DNA of 64,000 bases, taken from Mobula hypostoma (taxonomy: Eukaryota). The stretch lies in the NCBI RefSeq assembly GCF_963921235.1, contig NC_086097.1, forward strand, positions 85,872,001-85,936,000. Direction: 5' to 3'. This document shows positions 12,613 to 24,059 of this stretch, piece after piece. A program made the translations under genes and the position numbers. Each line of letters opens with the position of its first letter. The stretch's first letter is position 1. The notes under the pieces are model-generated. The model worked only from the letters and a program-made list of their open reading frames with translations, was not told the origin of the DNA and made no database searches.

Positions 12613-13169
12613 CTAATGTACATTCTTCTACCAAATACGAAGGGGTTAAAATGGCAATGTGGTTGATTGGAGCAAGGCTGAAAATAGGGATTAGCATTTT
12701 GTTTGAACCACAACCATGGCGGCCAGCAAGAACAAACTGGAGGAGAGGCTGTACTCGGTGCTGTTGCAAGGTTGAAGAAGATGGAGGTGCATAGCCGTCA
12801 ACCCTGGATTCGGGACGGCACTCACTGACTGACTGACATGGCATTGCTCACCTAATTACATATGAATAAAGGTATACATTCCAAATCATAGTGGTTCATT
12901 ATAGAAGAGGTTATTGACACTGATCCCAAATGAAATATTTAGCAAAAGAAAACAAAAAGGTCCCACCATGAAATGTTAGTATCTTGGAGAATGGAAGAAT
13001 CTTCGAACCGAGAAATGACAGGTCATAGTGTCAAGTTATCCAGCACAAAATGGGCCATTTGGCCCATCATGTCCGCACTGACCATTTTGCTTATCTACAC
13101 TAATCTGGCACGAAGGGTGTATATTTTATGTCTTTTTTTGCATATTTACATATATTTTAAGGTTTACGT

Positions 13170-14460
13170 ATAAAGGAATAACATTAACACAGGGGAAATT
13201 ATTAACATATTTGGACAGGAACTAGTTAGAATTAATTGGGAACAACTGCTTTCAGGCAAGTCCACATCTGACACGTGGAGAATGTTTAAAGACCATCTGC
13301 ACAGAGTACAAAGTTCAAAGCAAATTGATTACCAAAGTAAGTATGTGTTACCATATGCTACCCTGAAATTCATTTCCTTGCAGACACTCACAGGAAAAAA
13401 AGAGATGCAACAGAATCTTACGAGAAACTATTCCTGAACTTGGTGGTGCTGGACGCAAGGCTTTTGCAGCTCCTGCCCAATGGTAGTAATAAGAAGAGAA
13501 CACGGACTGGATGATCATGGTCTTTGATGATGGTTGCTGCTTTCTTGTGGACAAAGATAGGTGTCAGGTATGGGAACCTTGGTTGTTGAGAATGATGAAT
13601 TCAGTCAAAACAAAAAAGGAACCACATGCAAGGAGTACAAAGCTAAATCAAACAGAGCCCTTATTATAAAGACAAAAAACAGAGCTCAAGAAAGGAATTG
13701 GAAAAACTAGGGAGGCCATGAAAAGGCCTTGGCAAGTAGGATTAAATAGAATCCCAAGACATTCTACACATGCATCAAGAACAAAAGGATAACGATAGAG
13801 TGGGTAGGACCACTCAATGACAAAGGAGGGAACAAGGATGTGGAGATAGAAAGATAATTTGCCAGGGCATTTCAAGATAAAGACGGAGGGTCTATTTAAG
13901 AACTTCAAGGTGGATCAGTCCCAGGGCCTGATAGGATATACCTTGATTATCGAGAGGGGTAAGAGATGAGATTGGTAAGGCCTTGAAGAAGATCTTTGTG
14001 CCCTCTCTAGCTACAGGCAAGGTTAGGGAAGACTGGCAAGTAGCTAATGTTGTTCCATTATTCAAGAATGGAAATAGGTATAATCCTGAAAATCTAGACC
14101 AGTGAGGTCTCATTTCAGTGGTAGGGAAGCTATTGAAGAGGATTCCTAGGAAATGGGCTTAAAAACATTTGGAAAACCATGGCCTTATTAGGGCACTTAG
14201 CAAGGCTATATGAAGTTCAAATTGTGTTTTATTCACTCGATAGTTGTTTTACAAAGGAGGTGAAGGTAGAGCAGTGGATGCTATCTTCTACATAGCTTAT
14301 AGTAAGACATTTGACAAGGCCCACACGGAAGGCTCATCCCCGATGATTAAGCTACATGGGGTCCACTTTGAATTGGCCACTTAGATTAAGAATTGGCTTG
14401 CTCATAGAAGACAGAGGTAATGGTTGATGGGTCTGATTCCGGCTGGAGCTCTGTGATTGT
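13170..14460 (+). mobile_element. Decayed CR1 ORF2 fragment interrupted by a Rex1/Babar 3' fragment (about 13310-13555)
   Basis: CR1 motifs DQSPGPD, EDWQVANVVPLFK and KTFDKA in shifting frames. Confidence 0.65.
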
Positions 14461-14887
14461 GTGTGTATATATGGATGCAGTGGCATTTGCACCAGACTTC
14501 AAGTCAAGTGGTTTCAGGTTTGCATCTGGGAGGCTCCTTGTACACTTTCCATCCGTGCTGGGTTGAGCATCAAGATAGCAACTTGGTCTCATAAAAAAAA
14601 GAGAAATGCTACAGCAAGGTTTCCACCCAATGAGCCACAAGGCATGGAGAGGAAAAATGTTAATTGGGCCACTGGTTAATCGGAGCAGCTGGTTATTTGG
14701 AACCACTTTTAAAGAACAAAAACTAAATTGACAAAATAGCCGGGATTCTCTTCGTTTATTTGGGACACTATGCTGCTTAATCGGGGCAGGATACTGTTGC
14801 CGAACAGTTTCTAACTAGCATCCGTTGTGTGCAATTGCATGGCTTTCAGACACTACACCGCGCTGAGAATGATCAGTTTTTAAAATA

Positions 14888-16369
14888 CAGGTTTCCCCCG
14901 CCATCCGAAAGTAGAGTGTTCCTATGAAATGGTTCGTAAGCCAGAATGTCGTAAAGCGAAGAAGCAATTACCATTTATTTATACGGGAAAAATTTGTGAG
15001 CGTTCGCAGACCCAAAAATAACCTACCAAATCATGCCAAATAACACATAAAACCTAAAATAACAGTAACATATAGCAAAAGCAGGAATGATATGATAAAT
15101 ACACAGCCTATATAAAGTAGAAATACTTTTCTACAATCAATGCCGCCGTGTTCTCCGTAGCGAAAATCTCACGCAAGCGCTCTCGGCAAAAACACGGCGC
15201 AAGCGCTCTCCAGTAATCTTTAAGCTACGAAGCTGCCAAATCATACCAAATAACACGTAAAAATACACAGCTGATATAAAGTAGAAATAATGTTATGTAC
15301 AGTGTAGTATCACTTACGGGAATTGGGAAGACATCGAGCACACTGATGATGGTGTGTTTAGGCTGAGTCGGAGGTTGGGGTGGTGCAGTGGTCCCCAACC
15401 TCCGGGCCGCCGACCGATACATTGTTGCAAAGCATGCAGGAGTCCAGCGGTAGCCGGGATGCACCCAGCACATCTTTAAGAAAAAAAAAGCCATAATAAA
15501 CAAGCTAATTGACTACGTGCCGGGTGGCACCTAATTAATTAGCTTGTTTATTTCGGCTTTTTTTTCTTAAAGATGTGCTGGGTGCGTCCTGGCTACCGCT
15601 GCATTCTCCACGGCCCGGAGGTTGGGGTGGTTTGTTTCCATCAGGGCAGGCAGGTCATCTTCTTCTATGTCTGCCTGCCTCGACGTCGAAGATCGAGGTT
15701 CATCGTCTGCTGTGGCTGATGTGGAAGGCTTACTTGACTGCTAGCCTCGCACATTTTTCTATCATACAGTTCTTTGTAAGCACTCAAACCATCCTGCAAA
15801 TATGCCCTAAACCGATGTACCCTTTCAAAATTAAAGTTGTATTTTATCATTGCAGCGACAATCTCACGCAGTTGCTTCATGTTCAGTTCCTAGACGACTT
15901 CACTTTCGGTCCGTTCGCTACTGCATTCAGTTTCGATTGTTATCCTTTCCTCTTCCAATTGCATCAGCTCTTCACCTATCAGTTCTTGGTCATGGGATGC
16001 CAAAACCTCTTCAACGTCATCTTCGTCAACTTCCACAAGCCAAACTCACTTTGTCCTTACTTCGTTCACCATGATCGAAACGCTTAATTATGTCTAGTTT
16101 TATGCTAAGTGTAACAGCCTTACGAGGTCTTTTAGGCTTTTCTGATACCTTAGAACTCATCTTGCTAACGGCTGCTCACACGCACGTGTTTAAGCAATGC
16201 TGGCGAGAATGCAGTTCCAAATCCGGGGAAGAGCAGCTGCTCGGGGCACGCGCTGCCTTTTTTCGTAACAGTGAAAACACCTTCTGTTAGTGAAAACAGG
16301 GAACTAATGTAGGTCTTTCGTAACAGTGAGGTTTTGTAAAGCGAACGTTCGAAAAGCGGGGGACACCTG
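14888..16369 (-). mobile_element. Tigger/pogo-family DNA transposon, internally deleted (non-autonomous)
   Basis: TA on both sides (14886-7, 16370-1); TIRs CAGGTTTCCCCCGCCATCCGAAAGT and CAGGTGTCCCCCGCTTTTCGAACGT; minus-strand N-terminus MSSKVSEKPKRPRKAVTLSIKLDIIKRFDHGE (CENP-B/psq HTH-like, 16026-16160) joined directly to the acidic C-terminus VEVDEDDVEEVLASHDQELIGEELMQLE; DDE domain absent. Confidence 0.88.
15386..15631. mobile_element. Palindromic hAT (Charlie-like) MITE nested in the Tigger
   Basis: Starts CAGTGGTCCCCAACCTCCGGGCCG and ends CGGCCCGGAGGTTGGGG; internal 77-bp inverted repeat. Confidence 0.65.
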
Positions 16370-16439
16370 TAGCGTCTGTTGTGTATGTTTGTATTCAAAA
16401 AGCAGTGAATTTTGTCACTGATTGCTGGCAAGAAACAAG

Positions 16440-16598
16440 GTTGGATGGATTTTTGCATTGTAGAGGAATTAAGGGTTATGGGGAAAAGGCAGGTAGGTGG
16501 AGATGAGTCCATGGTCAGATCAGCCATGATCTTATTGAATGGAGGAGTAGGTTCGACAGGCCAGATGGCCTACTCCTGCTCCTATCTCTTATGTTCTA
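16440..16598 (+). mobile_element. CR1 LINE 3' terminal fragment
   Basis: GGAATTAAGGGTTATGGG...GATCAGCCATGATCTTATTGAATGG...CTCCTATCTCTTATGTTCT matches the 3' end of the 37-40 kb CR1. Confidence 0.8.
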
Positions 16599-18746
16599 AT
16601 GTAACCTACACTGAGAAAAACAGCACGAGAGCCAAAACTTAATAGCAGGAAAAAAATCAATACACAAAACAAAAGCAATGAAAATAGAAAAAACTGAATG
16701 CAACTGCTTTCAGTTCAAACTAACAAAACAAATTACATGTCATAGTAATATGCCACATTTAAGTTATCTTTTGAAATGGTTATTTTTTTTTAGTCATCTT
16801 TTCTTCAGCCTTCTTGCTGTTGAACGATAAAATGACTATGCACCTACAACACCAGGTAGGTATATCAGTTAGGTAGGTAGGTATACATTATTAAGACCAT
16901 AAGACATAAGAGCAGAATTAGGTTATTCAGCCCATCGAGTCATGGCTGATTTATTATCCCTCTCAACTACGTTCTCCTGCCTTCCCCCAATAACCTCTGG
17001 CACCCTTACTAATCACGAACTTATTAACCTCCGCTTTAAATACACCCAGTGACTTGGTCTCCACAGCCATCTGTGGCAATGAATTTCACAGATTCATCCT
17101 TAATAACAGACTCCAACATCGTCCCAACCACTGAAATCAAGCTAACTGGCTTATTATTCATTTTCTTTTGCCTCCCTCCCTTCTTAAAGAGTGGAGTGAC
17201 AGCACTATTTTTCCAGTTCTCCAGAACCATACCTGAATCTAGTGATTCTTGAAAGATTACTTCTAAAGCCTCCACAATCTTTTCAGCGACCTCCTTCAGA
17301 ACCCTGGAATGCAATCCATCCAATCCAGGTGACTTGTCTACCTTCAGGTATTTCAGCTTCCCAAGCACCTTCTCCTTAGTAAGACCAACTATACTCACTT
17401 CTGCCCTGATACTCTTGAATCTCTGGCATACTGCAAAATAATTACATTCATCTGCTATTTCTTTGTCTCCCATTACTACCTCTCCAGCATCAGTTTCCAG
17501 CGGGCTGATATCCACTCTTGCCTCTCTTTTACTCTTACATAGCTGAAAAAACTTCTGGTATCCTCTTATATTATTGGCTAGCTTACCTACATATTTTATC
17601 TTTTTGCTCCTTATTGCTTTCTTTCTGAAAAGTTACCTTCTGTTGGTTTTTAAAAGCTTCCCAATCCTCTAAGTTCCCATTAATTTTTGCTGTATTATAT
17701 GCCATCTCTTGTGCTTTTATGCTGTCTTTGACTTTCCTTGTCAGCCACGGTTACCTCATCCTCCTCCTTAGAATATTTCTTGGTTGGGATGTATCCATCC
17801 TGAATCTTCTGAATTGCTCACAGAAACACCAGCCGATGCTGTTCTGCCATCATCCCTGCCAGTGTCTCCTTCTGATCAACTTTGGCCAGCTCCCCTCTCA
17901 TGCCTCTGTAATTCCCTTTACTTCACTATAATACTGATACATCTGATTTTATCTTCTTTCTCTCAAACTGCAGAGTGAATTCTATCATAATATGATCACT
18001 ATCTCCTAAGGTTTCCTGTACCTTGTTCCCGAATTAAATCTGGTTTTATTACACAACACCCATTTCAGAGTTGCCCTTTCCCTAGTGGGCTCAACCACAA
18101 CTGCTCTAAAAAGCAATCTCATAGGCATTCTACAAATTCTAACTCTTGGGATCCAGCAACATCCTGATTTTTCTAATCTACTACATATTGAAATCCTCCA
18201 CAACTATTGTACTACTACCGTTTTTTTCATTTTTTAAAAATCTCTTATTGCAATTTGTACACCACATGCTGGCTACTGCCCAGGGGCCTGTATATAACTT
18301 CCATCAGGGTCTTTCTACCCTTGCATTTTCTTAACTCTACCAGAAAGGAATCTACAGCTTCCAATCCTATGTCATCTCTTCCAACAGAGCCACCCACCCC
18401 CTCCTCCGCCAACCTGCCTGTCCTTTTGATACAATGTGTATCCTTGAGATGTTAAGCTTCCAACTATGATCTTCTTTCAGCCACAACTCAGTGACTCAGG
18501 GCCCACGTCATACCTTCCAATCTCTAACTGCAGTACAAGTTAATTTACTTTATTCTGTATATTGTGCGCATTCAAATATAATACTTTCGGTCGTGTATTC
18601 ACTTTTTTCGATTTTGCCCCAATGTTGCACTCTAATTCATCCCACTGCCTGCAATTTTGCCCTATCATCTGCCTGTCTTTTCTTACAGTATTACTTCACA
18701 CTGCATCAACTTGTATACCCACTGCCCTCTCACTCCAGGTTCCACC

Positions 18747-19408
18747 TATTAGAGCGATTTTGGGTAACTGATTCATTTACATTTAAATGCCTTGGCCACC
18801 AGTCTTCCGTGCTTTGAGAAAGTACTGTGGATTGAGTTCATAAAAATGCATTTCCTAAAAGCTGTGAACCCAGTGCATTTGTAACAATGCTGTTGCTAAA
18901 AGCTGTGAATACTGGAATACGAGCCCAGACGCTGCTGACGCCGTAGTTTGACTAGATGCTGTAGTTTTGAAGACAGTATTATCTATACTTTACAAACATG
19001 AATTGTCCTCTATGTTAGCACGTAAAATACCAAATAAATGTATTGTGGATTTAACTTGCATTTAACCAACCTGGACTTGAGGGGGATCAGTATCCTTGTG
19101 GGCAGGTTTGCTACAGCAGTTGTGGGGGGATTTAACCAACCCAGACATGCGGACATCAAGAGAAAAAGATGAAGTCAGGAGGATGTTTTGTATGTAGATT
19201 CAAAAGAAAACATTGTCTATGCATTGTCTACCTTGTAAATAGGGATTGCCCTTTGTGTTTAGCAAATAAATATTGAGCCCACATTGGGCTAACAGACCTT
19301 TTCCACCAAAGAGTTTCCGTATGATGTTTGTTGTACCTTGTTCTGTCGAATAAAGAAGCTGCTTCGTACCTACCAGTAACTCTCTTCAGTGATTTCATTC
19401 ACGCTACA
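18747..19408 (+). mobile_element. Solo LTR inserted in CR1
   Basis: 5-bp TSD CCACC (18742-18746 and 19409-19413); ends GCTACA; AATAAA at 19349-19354; starts TA rather than TG; CR1 sequence resumes on both sides. Confidence 0.65.
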
Positions 19409-20532
19409 CCACCAACCCCCTGCCAAGTTTGCTTAAATCCTCCCCAACTGCTGTAGCAAACCTGCCCACAAGGATATTGATCCCCCTCGAGTTCAGGTAT
19501 AACCCACCCTTTTTGTACAGATCATACCTTCTCCAGAAGAGATCCCAATGACCCTGAAATCCAAAACACTGCCCCTTGAACCAATTCTGCAGCCACGCAT
19601 TCATCTGCATAATCATCCTATTTTTTCCTAATTATCCGTCACCAGCACATGGCACAGGCAGCAATCCAGAGATCACTACTCTTGAGGTCCTGCTTTTCAG
19701 CTTTCTACCCAACTCCTTATATCCTCTCAGGACTCCTCCCTTTTCCTACTTATGATATTGATACCAATATGTACCATAACTTCTGACTGTTCACCCTCCC
19801 CCTTTAGAATGCTTTGGAATGAATCTGAGACATCTCTGACCCTGGCACCTGCGAGGCAATATACCACATGGGTGTCTCTTTAATGTCTGCTCCTCTAACT
19901 CTGGGATGCCCTATCACTACTGCACTCCTCTTCTCCCCCCTGCCCCCCCGAGCCACAGAACCAGATTCAATGCCAGAGACCAGGTCGCTGGCAGCTTCCC
20001 CTGGTAGGTGGTCCCTCCCAACAGTATCCAAAGCAATATACTTACTATTGAGGGGAATGGCCACAGGGATACTCTACACTTCCCTTTCACCCTCTTGATA
20101 GTCACCCAGCAATGTAGGGGTGACTACCTCCTTAAAGCTCCTATTTCTCACCTCCTGATTCTCCTGTATGAGCCAAAGGTCACTGACCTGCAGCTGCATT
20201 TGCTTAACACGCTCTGAGGAGCAGCAGCTCGGTGCACCTGGTGCAGACATGGTTATTTCCACATCTCACAGACACAATAAAACACAGTCCCTGGAGCCAT
20301 TCCCTAACACGGTTAGGAGCTGCAGATGGATGCACCTCATGCAGACCCTAGACCCATTCTCACCATACTAACTATGTACTAATAGACAAAAAAAGAAAAC
20401 ACTTGCTTAGATCCTAAGCTCCCTTCTCACCTCAGCCTGACCTATCTAACACTGGCTCACTCACACAATGGCCGTTTCGCCTACACCTCACTTCTTTTTA
20501 TTGCCCTTTGCCAAATGCCTAATAGATCATTA

Positions 20533-20716
20533 TGATTGAATTCTGCCGAAAAATCCCAAAAAACCCTGAGCTCTTTTTAAACCTCACATCACCTCTCCCA
20601 CAAGCATATGTTCGCAATAATTGAAGCCTGCCGAAAAGTCCCGAAATAGCTCAAACATTTTTTTAAACCTTGCGCCAGCACTCCCACAAGTGAGTGCTCG
20701 CAATGATTGAAGCCCA
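20533..20716. repeat. Two diverged tandem units of about 85 bp plus a partial third (probable CR1 5' UTR monomers)
   Basis: Units begin TGATTGAA/TAATTGAA at 20533, 20618 and 20704 and share CTGCCGAAAA..CCC, TTTTTAAACCT and CTCCCACAAG. Confidence 0.7.
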
Positions 20717-20727
20717 CCGGTTAGAAA

Positions 20728-21577
20728 TGTGACAAGAATACACATAGATTAAGATGTAGCTGTCCTGTGCTGGCACCGGGGGTATCAGCAGTTGGTCTGC
20801 CACCTCTCTTCAGGAGAGGGAGAGATAAGGAACACAATGAAGCAGCATTTGGAGATGTTAATGAAGGAGACATCAGTCTGGCTATTGTCAAGATCGGCTC
20901 CCCCTTTGAACCCTGAACTGTTTGAAGTGATGGACAGGCGATACCCCAGCAGGGGGATAAAAAGGGACAGGTTCGCTAAGGAAAGACACACACGACACCC
21001 GAGGTAACAAGACCCTGGAAGTGGTGCGTCTCTCACAAGTCGACGGGAAGTACCGGGCCATAAACGCACAGGGTGGAAAGGCACGATCGGCGGGAACCTG
21101 GTGTGTGTCCACCCTTGCCTGGGTGCCAGGTTCAGCGCAGGGAAACGATCGTATCTGGAAACGGAGGGGTCACGGTCGGTGACCTCAGATGACATCACAA
21201 AGGACTCGCCCGACAGCTGACTGCGAAGGTCTGTGTGGAAGCCGTTTGAATATTCATTCCTTTTTGCTCTCTCTCTCCTCCCCCCCCCACACAGTCCATC
21301 TCCCACGGCAGCGATTACTGCGAACTGAACTGAACTTTGCGTCACTTTGAAACTGGTCATTTTCCCCTAGACAACAATAGAGCTTGATTGATCCTGTTAT
21401 CTGAATTCTGTGTACATGTATGTTTATCATTGCTGAACTGTTGCATTCATTATCCTTTTGATTAGAGTACTGTGTTGCTTGTTTCTTTAATAAAACTTTC
21501 TTAGTTCTAGTAATCCAGACTCCAACTGAGTGATCCATTTCTGCTGGTTTGGCAACCCAGTTACGGGGTACGTAACA
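20728..21577 (+). mobile_element. Solo LTR (850 bp, probably Gypsy-type)
   Basis: TGTGAC...GTAACA imperfect inverted termini (TG..CA); TATA-like GATAAAA near 20956; AATAAA near 21489; many retained CpGs; flanks GAAA/AAAA give only an imperfect TSD. Confidence 0.75.
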
Positions 21578-21657
21578 AAAACTTTAAGCAACAACACTTA
21601 TTAGAAAATTTTTGAAAGAAACTTGACTTCAGAGCATACTGATCAAGCAAAACCTAC

Positions 21658-21817
21658 TGCAGATGGTCCAGACTAAGCCGCTGCATTTTGACCACTTCAT
21701 TGTTGCAGGTTCGATCATAAAATGGGTTGCTTCTTTCAGAAAAGTAGTCAAGCACATTCCCTGGATTTAGAATTGGAATCCAAGCACTGTCTACCCATGA
21801 GATTCCCAGAAGATTAT
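21658..21817 (-). CDS. MED6: MED6 coding exon 2 ([53 protein letters not shown])
   Basis: Recognisable MED6 motif [23 protein letters not shown] acceptor, GTAGGT donor; 160 nt. Confidence 0.97.
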
Positions 21818-22147
21818 CTAAAAGAAACACAGCACATACAAGAGTCATTATTTTAAACAGACATTAATTTGATTAACTCTTACAAAGAGAAAATAAAAAA
21901 GTGATTGCATAATGTCAACTAAATCACTAGATATTGCAACCAGACCACCATCATTTGATGTCATACATTTTACATGGCTTCTCAGAATGCAGAGCAGAGC
22001 CTAATATTTATCTCTTATTTTTTTGCTGCTACCAAATAATATAACATTAGGTTGCTGGAATTTGTGGTACTCTATTGTGTGTACCACGGATTTCCCTGGA
22101 TTACAATAGTGAATACAATTCAGAAATATCCCCTTCTTAGAAAATCA

Positions 22148-23330
22148 CAACATAAGAATTAGTAGTACGTCATTTGAGCTTGCTGTACCATTCATTAAAA
22201 CGGTTCTCTCTCTTCCTCACTTTATTGCATTATCCCTGGATTAATTTAATATTCAGAAATCTATCAGTCATTGAATTCATTCAAAACAGAACTTCCAAAG
22301 CTCTCATATATGGGGAATTACAAATATTTTACTACCCTCTGCATAAAGAAAACTTTCTAAATGGAATAGATCTCATTTTTATATGGTACCCCAGTTCTGA
22401 ACTCCTCAGCCAGGGAAACATCCTTCCTACATCCACTCTATTAAGCCCTGTAAGAATTTTCTAAGTTTCTAGAAGCTTTCTTCTCATTCCTCTAAACTCC
22501 AACAAATACAGGTGTAGTCTTTACGATCTTTCCACCAATGGCAAATCCACCATCTCAGGAATCAGTGCATTCAATGGAAAATGCACCTTTTTAAAGCTAT
22601 TCAAAACTGTAAAATACTCCAAGCGTAGTCTCAAAAGGCCCTGGACAATAATATGCCCTTACTCTAGTACTCCAAGCCTCTCATAATAAAAGCCAACATA
22701 CCATTTGCCTTCAACATCACTGCCCCTGCACATTAGCTTTTGGTGCCTTGTGTACAAGAACAGCCAAGCCCTTTGAATATTTCCCAATCTGTTGCCATTT
22801 AAAAACAGACCAAACTACTGGAGGAAGTCAGTGGTCAGACAGCATCCATAGAAACAGATGTCTCCGGTCAAGACCTAGTTTTCATTTTTCACATTATATA
22901 ATATTCCATCTAACCAGTCAGCCTATCTATAAAGAAGCTTCAGGAGCGTAGATCTTCCTTACTAACCCAACCTACTTTGTGGTATCAGCAAGCTTGGCAT
23001 CCTGGCAACGCTGATGTAGGCAGTGAATTGCTGAGGCCGAGTACTGATCCCAATATAAATGCACTAATCACAGCCACTCAATCTTTGAAATGTCTCTGTA
23101 ATCCCACTTCTTTTTGTTAATTCATGTACTCATGAAAAGCAAATTCTTTTTGACAAACCTTCTGGAGTTCTTTGAGGAGTTCAGTGGATAGAGGGGAACA
23201 GATGGATGTTGCATACTTGGGATTTCCAGAAGGCATTCGATAAAATGCTACATAAAAGACTTATCCACAAGATAAAGATGCATGGAGATTGGGATAATGT
23301 AAGAGCATGGATAGAGGATTGGTTAAGCAA
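22148..23330. mobile_element. Decayed CR1 fragments (3' end on -, about 22150-23110; RT piece on +, about 23140-23330)
   Basis: DFQKAFDKMLHKRLIHKIKMHG on +; reverse-complement CR1 3' features upstream. Confidence 0.65.
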
Positions 23331-24059
23331 CATTTGCCCACTATTCAAGTTCAAATTTGTGCTGAATGGAAGGCAACGGCCAAGCTACGCCTACAGGACA
23401 GCAGACGTAACTGCCCTCATAATGCACACCTGATTCTTAGTTTGGTGTCAATCACTTAAGACCGCCCAATGCTAAAACCTGTGTTCTGACTCCCTTCACC
23501 AGACAGAGTATTACAGCTAGTTTCAACACTGACTGCAGTCATCAATAGGGCTCATCAAAACACTCCCAGTGTAACTAGGAATTGGCAGCAAACACCAGCC
23601 TTGCCAGTGATGTGCCTATTCTACAAATAAAGGCAGTGGGTTTCAACTTACACGCATTACCAAAATATAGCTTTACCTCAATCTTTACTTTACCACCAGT
23701 ACCCTCAGCAGCAACAACAATGTCCTGAGTTTTAAAAAAAAATCCCCAAGGCACACAACAGAAAGACAAGGAAATTTGAAACAAAACTAGAGGGGACAGG
23801 TTTCAAAGAGATCCAAAAGCAGCAGGGTAGATTAAAACAAAATCATGGACATGTTCCAGTCTGAATGTCCTGCTGACGATGACAAGGGACAGACAATAAG
23901 ATGGATAAATAACTGGAAGAGGGTACATCAAGAGCCGATGTGCGTCTACAATAACTGGGACTTTGGACAACAGGTTCATAACATGCAAAACATTGTAGAA
24001 TACATCGCAAGCATAAGGACTGAGGAACAACCTCAAGATTTTTGCTTTTAAATATAAAG

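Larger units (their letters stand above)
16892..20720 (-). mobile_element. Decayed near-full-length CR1 LINE with RT core deleted; interrupted by a solo LTR
   Basis: 3' tail (CATAAGA repeats at about 16895); ORF2 remnant LKVDKSPGLDGLHSRVLKEVAE...PVSLISVVG; ORF1 esterase remnants (MNAWLQNW...GHWDLFW, RSAVVIG); tandem repeats at the 5' end. Confidence 0.8.

Noticed and set aside
20533..20716. CRISPR-like repeat array
   Set aside because: Eukaryotic context, units are diverged along their whole length with no unique spacers, and no cas genes are present.
20785..21360. 191-aa minus-strand ORF
   Set aside because: It lies entirely within the solo LTR and has no recognisable gag/pol or host domain.
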